The position numbers and the translations under genes were made by a program. Shown here one piece after another: positions 46,966 through 53,132 of a stretch of 53,132 nt of DNA. The notes beneath the pieces were generated by a model, which ran no database searches, had not been told where the DNA came from, and was given only the letters and a program-made list of their open reading frames with translations. The first letter of the stretch is position 1, and each line of letters opens with the position of its first letter. Source of the stretch: Candidatus Thorarchaeota archaeon (GTDB lineage Archaea; Asgardarchaeota; Thorarchaeia; Thorarchaeales; Thorarchaeaceae); the NCBI GenBank assembly GCA_003345595.1, contig PRDI01000086.1, forward strand, positions 1 to 53,132. Reading direction: 5' to 3'.

Positions 46966-47778
46966 TTGTATCCAAGCTGTGCGCGTCCGAGGTCGGGCCA
47001 ATTGCTAGTACTACCAGTAAAGACACGAACGATAACCCCGAAAGATGACTTCCTAGATGTTGTGCTTGAGGCACTCTCGCACACTGGATACGGCATTCAA
47101 GACAACGACATCTTGGTGGCTGCGGAGACCCCACTTGCAACCACTGAAGGACGGATAGTGAAACTCTCTGAAGTGAAGCCGTCTGCCCAAGCCAAGAAGC
47201 TGGCGACCAAGTATGACATGATTCCTGAGGTCGTCGAGCTTGTGATTCGTGAGTCCGATGAGATACTTGGAGGAATACAGCATGTCCTCCTAACAATCAA
47301 GAACAATACACTCATGGCCAACGCAGGAGTGGACAAGTCTAACGTTCCACCGGGCCACGCGTGTCTCCTCCCAGCAGACCCAAGGGCGAGTGCGGTCCGG
47401 CTCAGAGATCAAGTAAAGCAGCGCCTAGGCAAGACAATAGGCACTATGGTGATAGACAGCCGCACGCAACCACTTCGACTGGGCAACGTGGGGCTTGCTC
47501 TGGGCGTCGCAGGCTTCGTACCAGTTGGTGACGACCGTGGCAAGAAAGACCTCTTTGGCAATGTACTGAAGATCAAGCGCCGTGGTCTAGCAGACAACTT
47601 GGCTTCGGCTTGCGAGCTTGTCATCGGTGAGGCTGATGAGTCTGTGCCAGCGGCTCTCGTACGCGAAGCACCGGTTGAGTTTGTCGACAAGTCTTTCGAC
47701 TCGGCCGAGATGTGGATCAGTCCTCGAGAGTGCATGTATATGGCCATCTTCGAAGAGTGGCGTCGAGGCAAGAAGTGA
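46966..47778 (+). CDS. cofE: Coenzyme F420:L-glutamate ligase (CofE) family protein
   Basis: ANAGVDKSN, IDSRTQPLRLG, ADNLASACELVIGEADESVP. Start uncertain. Confidence 0.85.
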   Translation: MYPSCARPRSGQLLVLPVKTRTITPKDDFLDVVLEALSHTGYGIQDNDILVAAETPLATTEGRIVKLSEVKPSAQAKKLATKYDMIPEVVELVIRESDEILGGIQHVLLTIKNNTLMANAGVDKSNVPPGHACLLPADPRASAVRLRDQVKQRLGKTIGTMVIDSRTQPLRLGNVGLALGVAGFVPVGDDRGKKDLFGNVLKIKRRGLADNLASACELVIGEADESVPAALVREAPVEFVDKSFDSAEMWISPRECMYMAIFEEWRRGKK

Positions 47779-47948
47779 CCATTGGCAGCGTATTCCAGTC
47801 CCTGTTTTGGCTTCGCGGTCTGCCGAATTAGTCGAGATTCAGTCAATAGCCTTCGCGTATCAATGGTCCTCTGTCCGCGAAAGAATCAAAAGGCTATAAC
47901 CGGTTAGCAGTTTTGCGCAGGTAGAAACTCGCTTGGAGATCTGAGCAT

Positions 47949-49307
47949 TTGACGAGCAATAAGGTCCTTCTTGATGTTGCATCCGCCGGAGCATCTGGCG
48001 ATATGTTTCTGTCTGCTTTGATTGACTTGCTTGGTCAGGATGATGCCCTTCTCCCGGTGGCAGCGAGTCTGCTAATATACGATCCAACGCTCCGTGTTCG
48101 TGTTGTATCTCAGTATGCTGGCGATCGCTCTGGGAAGAAGCTCGAGATAAGCCGGGACAAGGGCGTACAGCTCACCCCGAAGTCGATAATGGAAGTCATG
48201 ACAGCAGTTTCCGAGGAGCTAGAGCTATCTGAAGGAGCAAAGGCTTTCGCCAAGAAAGCTCTGAATGAGATTCTGGAGGCGGAGTCAAGGGCACACGAGA
48301 TTCCCATCGACAAGCTGCAGTTGGGCGAAACCGGTTCTGTTGATACAGTCTTGGATCTGGTGGGGACTGCATACCTGCTCGAGAAGGCAGGCCTGCTGGG
48401 CAAGTACAGGTTCGTAGGCACGCGAGTCGCTGTGGGCACCGGCACAGTCGCGACCGAGCACGGTGATATGGAGGTCCCTGTCCCAGCTGTGGCGGAGATT
48501 CTTGTGGCACATGATGTGCCCTTTCAGACGGGTTCCGCAACCACTGAGGTTCTTACTCCCACTGGTGCGGCCATTCTAGTCTGCCTTGCCGAAGAGTATG
48601 TTGAGTCATCTGAGGGGTTCATTGCAAAAAGCCAAGGCGTGGGCTTTGGCAAACGTGACCTGGGCGGCACACCTAACCTGATGCGGATAATAATAGGCCA
48701 GGAGGCACCGCCAGCGGAGAAGCCTTCGAAGAAGGCTGCAGAGAAGCCATCTGAGAGAGCACCTGCAAAGAAGGCCACTCCTGTTCCGACAACGACACCA
48801 GTTATGGCTGCGGAAGAGCGGACAGGGGTTCTTGAGGCTTGGAGCGACGAGGACATAGTCGTCATCGAGACCACGGTTGAAGACGCAGACGGCGAGATAG
48901 TTGGTACTCTCTTTGACACTCTTCTGTCAGAAGGCCTCGCCTATGATGTTGTCATGATCCCTGCATTCTGCAAGAAGAACAGACCATGCTTCATCATCAA
49001 GGTGTTGGCTGCCAAGGCCGGGCTCAAGAGTGTCGCCGAGATATTGATGCGTCACTTGGGGACTCTAGGCGTTCGCTACACCACATGGCAGCGATTGACT
49101 GCTGCTCGTGAAACTGTGGCGTGTCGTCTAGAGATTGACGGCACGGAGTACATGGTCCGCGTCAGGATATCCCGTGGTATGGACGGCAGTATAATCAACA
49201 TAAAGCCTGACTCAGATGATGTGGTCAGGATCTCTCAGGCGACAGGTATTCCTGTGCGGGAGCTCAAGCCGCGAATCGCACTCCAGTCCTATGCAATAAC
49301 GGAGTGA
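47949..49307 (+). CDS. larC: LarC family (nickel-insertion) protein, divergent
   Basis: GASGDMFLSAL, HG..PVPA, TPTGAAIL, GFG.R...PNLMR, ETTVED, KKNRP, TLGVR. Confidence 0.85.
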   Translation: MTSNKVLLDVASAGASGDMFLSALIDLLGQDDALLPVAASLLIYDPTLRVRVVSQYAGDRSGKKLEISRDKGVQLTPKSIMEVMTAVSEELELSEGAKAFAKKALNEILEAESRAHEIPIDKLQLGETGSVDTVLDLVGTAYLLEKAGLLGKYRFVGTRVAVGTGTVATEHGDMEVPVPAVAEILVAHDVPFQTGSATTEVLTPTGAAILVCLAEEYVESSEGFIAKSQGVGFGKRDLGGTPNLMRIIIGQEAPPAEKPSKKAAEKPSERAPAKKATPVPTTTPVMAAEERTGVLEAWSDEDIVVIETTVEDADGEIVGTLFDTLLSEGLAYDVVMIPAFCKKNRPCFIIKVLAAKAGLKSVAEILMRHLGTLGVRYTTWQRLTAARETVACRLEIDGTEYMVRVRISRGMDGSIINIKPDSDDVVRISQATGIPVRELKPRIALQSYAITE

Positions 49308-49349
49308 ATCGGTCCTTCGTGTCCGAGTGGAGCCACATGCGTCATCTAC

Positions 49350-51620
49350 TCAGAGTGGAATGCATGCCTGTTCTCTTACTGGCCGAAGGGTATCGGTTGT
49401 GAGATACTGACAGGGAATCAGACTTTCGAATGCTCTCATGCAGAGGTTAGCGTAGGCCTCTGGGTCATACCTTGTGGAGTCATCAAAGAGTTCTAGAGCT
49501 TTGACCCTTCGCATCGGACTGTCCGCCTCAGGTTGGACCAGCACATATCTGACCTTCTGACCTGCATGCAGTTCTCGACCTGACTTGATGAGCTGTTGTG
49601 CCACCAGAGCGGTCCTCGACACTGCACGATACTCACCGGGCTCACATGTGAGTCGCGAGTGGAGGACGAGGTCTCTGAGGTCCACGTCTCCCTCCCGCAG
49701 CCTCTCGATGTACTCCTGACACACAGCATGAGCGGCAGGTATCGCTTCTATGAATCCTCTCTTGTCACGACCATGCGCGAGAGCCTTTATCATGGCATTC
49801 TGGCAGTCGCCTACATACAGACACGTATCACGCCGCCTCACCTCGATGCCTCGTGTCTTGATGGCACCGTTCCTGTACACACCATAGTAGCGATTCAGGG
49901 GTGCGATAGTGGGGTGAATACGCGACGATGGGATCACCATCCACCTGTACACGCCCTTTGGTGAGAACTCAATGTTGACTGCTTCGGTGACACGCTTACA
50001 GAACTCTACAACGTCAGAGTGTCTGATGCCACCCTCACATCTGAGCCACAATGAGTCCACAATCCCGTGAATCAGTTCAAGACCCATGGACTCGCCGATC
50101 TCCTGCGTCTTCAGCAGGACATCACGGGCAAGTGCCGTCACTGCCGTGTGTGCTTCCACCCTGCCGAATCTTGCGTTCTTGAACCCGAGATACCCGAAAC
50201 AGGAGACCAACACGCCCTTCAGTGTGTTTTCCATGAGTTCGTACTTCTCTGCATCGCGTCCCTGTCGCGCTAGTTTCTTGAATGCTCTACGCTTCTTCAC
50301 GACCAGTTCAAGTGATTGAGCTACTATTCCCCTCTTGCGATTGCAGAGACGGAAGTTCACCCCCGGGACCTCAATGCAGTACTCATGATTGTAGGGACAT
50401 TGTTCTCGCGTGCAGATTGTCTCAGGACTGATGTTCCGAGTGATCATCAACGTGGGATACATGGATGAGAAGTCACACTCTGCGACGTCCTCGTAGATGT
50501 CCGGCTTGGGCTGAAGAATGAGTCCTCCTCTGTCAATGGCAGTGAGGTCGGTCACAGTCTTGAGGAACTCGGGATTACGCTTCACAGGTGGTATCAGAAT
50601 GCCCATCTTGTATGCGTTGTAGTATTGGATGGCGGCGTTGACAGCACCGATTGACATCCGAGCCACTCTCTGAGGTTGGACTAGCGCCAGCCTAGAGCCC
50701 TCGATGATCCCTGCCATGCCTGAGGGTGAGTAGTAAAGGCTCTCAGCCCTGTCAATGTGTATCCTGCCATTGAGCATGACTTGGTTCCCTGACCTGTAGA
50801 CGACCTGGTTGTACTGCCAGAACGAGCTAGGTTCTCTGAATATGACCCTGAGGGGCGTACCATCCCGAGAGAACACCAGATCCACTCCGTTGAGCCTGCA
50901 GCGCAGGGTGAGGTACCTGAAGAGCTCATCATCACCTCCCCGTGTGACTATCACATCCGGGTCAATTCTGTCAATCGCAGCCTGTAGCTGGAGCAGCATC
51001 TCTCTCTCATCACGATCCGAGATATGGATGACCTCGTCCTTGTGAGAAACCTCGATGTGATGTATTGGGTCCTCCATACGGGGGAACACATGTCTGGTGT
51101 CAGCAAAGATGTCCAGGCCGATCTCTTCGAGTTCGGGTGTTTCATACTCCGTGTCTTCACGTTTCTCAAGGCATCTAATCTTGGTGACTGTGTCATTGCT
51201 CAACTCAAACTCGACGCGTCCAAAGGGGAAGATATCGTTCGAGATGAAGAACTGCTGTACAGCGTCGATGTCTGCATGAAACACTGTGGCGCCTGGCAGT
51301 TTCTCCAGTTCTCTTGCGACCTCTTCCTGTGCCCCCGGTCGCATGAACACCTGCAGCACTGGTTTGGGTTCGTTATCATAGACAGTGACGAACTTGTGTA
51401 CAATCTTCGACTCAACAACATCCGGATGTTCTTCTACTGCCTGGAGAACGGTGGCCTTGGACCATTCCGGGCTGTCGAGGATGTCTGTGCTGACAAACAC
51501 GGAGGGGAAGAATCCGCGATATCTGTAGCCGCGTGTCTTCCTTCCGACCTTTATCCAGAGAATGAGTGACCTGTCTGTGTGGTCGACACTGGCATCGAGA
51601 AGCCAGCCCTGCTGCCTCAC
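49350..51620 (-). CDS. polB2: Family B DNA polymerase, PolB2 (Dpo2) subfamily
   Basis: Motif A DFSSMYPT, motif B variant LKGVLVSCFGYLG, motif C variant HGIVDSLW, RGIEVRRRD. Exonuclease motifs look degenerate. Confidence 0.88.
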   Translation of the reverse strand: MRQQGWLLDASVDHTDRSLILWIKVGRKTRGYRYRGFFPSVFVSTDILDSPEWSKATVLQAVEEHPDVVESKIVHKFVTVYDNEPKPVLQVFMRPGAQEEVARELEKLPGATVFHADIDAVQQFFISNDIFPFGRVEFELSNDTVTKIRCLEKREDTEYETPELEEIGLDIFADTRHVFPRMEDPIHHIEVSHKDEVIHISDRDEREMLLQLQAAIDRIDPDVIVTRGGDDELFRYLTLRCRLNGVDLVFSRDGTPLRVIFREPSSFWQYNQVVYRSGNQVMLNGRIHIDRAESLYYSPSGMAGIIEGSRLALVQPQRVARMSIGAVNAAIQYYNAYKMGILIPPVKRNPEFLKTVTDLTAIDRGGLILQPKPDIYEDVAECDFSSMYPTLMITRNISPETICTREQCPYNHEYCIEVPGVNFRLCNRKRGIVAQSLELVVKKRRAFKKLARQGRDAEKYELMENTLKGVLVSCFGYLGFKNARFGRVEAHTAVTALARDVLLKTQEIGESMGLELIHGIVDSLWLRCEGGIRHSDVVEFCKRVTEAVNIEFSPKGVYRWMVIPSSRIHPTIAPLNRYYGVYRNGAIKTRGIEVRRRDTCLYVGDCQNAMIKALAHGRDKRGFIEAIPAAHAVCQEYIERLREGDVDLRDLVLHSRLTCEPGEYRAVSRTALVAQQLIKSGRELHAGQKVRYVLVQPEADSPMRRVKALELFDDSTRYDPEAYANLCMRAFESLIPCQYLTTDTLRPVREQACIPL

Positions 51621-51895
51621 TCCTGTCCGATCCCCTTGACCCTGTCCTCCAAGTCAGAAACTCTCTCCCTCAGACTATCAATCTCACTGAGCAGGTCAAT
51701 CAGCGATGAGATCAGGATGACCTCAGTAATGCGAGGGGTGGCCATCATGGTACCTGCATCTGCACATTTCCTCGCGGAGTCGAACAGCCTGTCAAGCAGT
51801 TCTCTCTGAGGCGGTTTCAGGGTCCGTCTGAATTCCTTCCAGCGTGCCTCCTCGATGTCAACGGCATTGCGGAACGTTCTCACGGTTCGCCCCAT
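51617..51895 (-). CDS. Small PolB2-associated helical protein (arCOG07300-like)
   Basis: MGRTVRTFR...WKEFRRTL pattern; overlaps the polB2 start by 4 nt. Confidence 0.8.
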   Translation of the reverse strand: MGRTVRTFRNAVDIEEARWKEFRRTLKPPQRELLDRLFDSARKCADAGTMMATPRITEVILISSLIDLLSEIDSLRERVSDLEDRVKGIGQE

Positions 51896-52178
51896 GGTAT
51901 CAGCCTCGGTTCACGAAACCATATGACTGGGAAACGGTCTCTGGACTAGCAACTTGCGCTGCCACATTGGATGATTCTGGCCTTTGCGAGATGCAAGTGT
52001 CTATCCAAGGAGACAGTGCAGAGGCAGACTGATTGCCGAAAGTAAAGGTGCCACAGAATCCCTTTCAGCAGCCTGCCACAACGAACTTTAATAACTCGAA
52101 GATACTCCGTTCCCAAGAGAGTCCAAAAGACAGCTCTCTGGACCTCACCGGCAGACACCAATGTGAAGATTCCCTGAG

Positions 52179-52754
52179 GTGGTCACTATCGTAACTGCGT
52201 TGTTCAAAGTCGTCCTCATGGGCGATGGCTCGGTTGGCAAGACCACACTAAGAAAGGTCTACATGGGTGAGGGTTTTCGCGCCCAGTACATGATCACCAT
52301 AGGTGCAGACTTCGCGGTAAAGAAGATGCATCTGGATGGTGGACACGACGTCAGCATACAGATATGGGACTTGGCTGGCCAGGAACACTTCAAGAGTGTG
52401 AGGTCCACCTTCTACAAGGGTGCTCAGGGCGCACTTGCAGTCTACTCAACGGTCGAACGGACGTCCTTTGACAACCTGCCCAATTGGTTGAACGAGTGCT
52501 GGACCAACTCAGGAAAGAAGATCCCGATTGTTCTCATAGGTAATAAGACGGACCTCAGGGAGCAGTTCAAGGACAACCCTGTGATGCGGCAGACGATTGT
52601 CACCACTCAGGAGGGTCAGAAGTATGCAGAGGCCATCTCTCGCACCGGCGTACACTGTTCCTTCCTCGAAACCTCTGCAAAGACAGGCGAGAACGTGGAA
52701 GCGGCTTTCTTGGAACTGGCAATCAAGATTCTTGAGGCTGGCGGCATGGCCTGA
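52179..52754 (+). CDS. Rab-like small GTPase (Ras superfamily)
   Basis: G1 GDGSVGKT, G2/RabF1 TIGADF, G3 IWDLAGQE, G4 NKTD, G5 ETSAK. No C-terminal prenylation Cys. Confidence 0.92.
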   Translation: MVTIVTALFKVVLMGDGSVGKTTLRKVYMGEGFRAQYMITIGADFAVKKMHLDGGHDVSIQIWDLAGQEHFKSVRSTFYKGAQGALAVYSTVERTSFDNLPNWLNECWTNSGKKIPIVLIGNKTDLREQFKDNPVMRQTIVTTQEGQKYAEAISRTGVHCSFLETSAKTGENVEAAFLELAIKILEAGGMA

Positions 52755-52869
52755 GTTGCCAGCTGTCTTGAGTTAAAGGTCGAATCTCGATTGTTTGTAC
52801 TATATTCACAATGCTTTTAGCGTCGGTCCGAGGTGTTTCATGTCCTTCGAAGTCTAGTGAGTGAGAACG

Positions 52870-53132
52870 ATGGGCCAAGAAGATGCGCCTCTGTTTCTGA
52901 GACCGCGAACACTAAGACCTGCTGCCTCACAGGGAGGAGAAATCACTCGGCGGTTCGCAATGAACAAGGTTGGAAGAATGATTGCCGCGGCCATGCAGGA
53001 CCGCACGATACGCCTTTTCGATGCACGCAACTGTGAGGAAATGCAGAGAATGGAGGATGGGTTCCTATGTACCTCCATTGCCTTTAGTCCCAAGGGTGAT
53101 ATCCTAGCCACCGGGGGTGTGGATAGAGTCGT
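52870..53132 (+). CDS. WD40-repeat protein, 3'-truncated (absent from the ORF track)
   Basis: Manual translation gives MGQEDAPLFLRPRTL...MIAAAMQDRTIRLFDA...CTSIAFSPKGDILATGGVDRV, open to the window end. Confidence 0.8.
   Translation, partial: MGQEDAPLFLRPRTLRPAASQGGEITRRFAMNKVGRMIAAAMQDRTIRLFDARNCEEMQRMEDGFLCTSIAFSPKGDILATGGVDRV

Noticed and set aside
52035-52048. ACTTTC upstream of the polB2 operon resembling the Sulfolobus damage-response element
   Set aside because: A single 6-mer is expected by chance, and it lies downstream of the likely TATA box.
1-53132. CRISPR arrays, transposases, rRNA and selenoprotein UGA read-through
   Set aside because: No repeat-spacer pattern, transposase motif or rRNA-like sequence was found by eye, and no gene appeared split at an in-frame UGA. 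The many short antisense ORFs are shadows of real genes.

Overview
Archaeal chromosomal segment, most likely from an Asgard archaeon. Thorarchaeia is an inference from gene content: a roadblock/LC7 protein, an MglA-type GTPase, a Rab-like GTPase next to a WD40 protein, a stand-alone divergent EF-2, PoK/PPS-type CoA synthesis, arcTGT and a tetraether synthase. Most of the window is housekeeping and metabolic genes: a CoA cluster, ileS, TldD/E, a prenyl synthase, an ABC transporter, tgtA, hflX and PolB2 with its small partner gene. The most notable element is a C1 operon, metV-metF-mtrH1-mtrA-mtrH2-methanogenesis marker 14-cofE(-larC). It has no membrane Mtr subunits, and its MtrA lacks a membrane anchor but carries a tail resembling the MtrB/MtrF N-termini, suggesting a soluble pterin-to-pterin methyl shuttle with its own ATP-dependent reactivase. 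Non-coding highlights are a tRNA-Gln(CUG) with a T-loop intron, a promoter-preceded rod-shaped RNA of about 160 nt, and a structured ileS leader with GAU-containing loops. No CRISPR array, rRNA or mobile element was seen. All calls come from motif recognition by eye; no searches were run.
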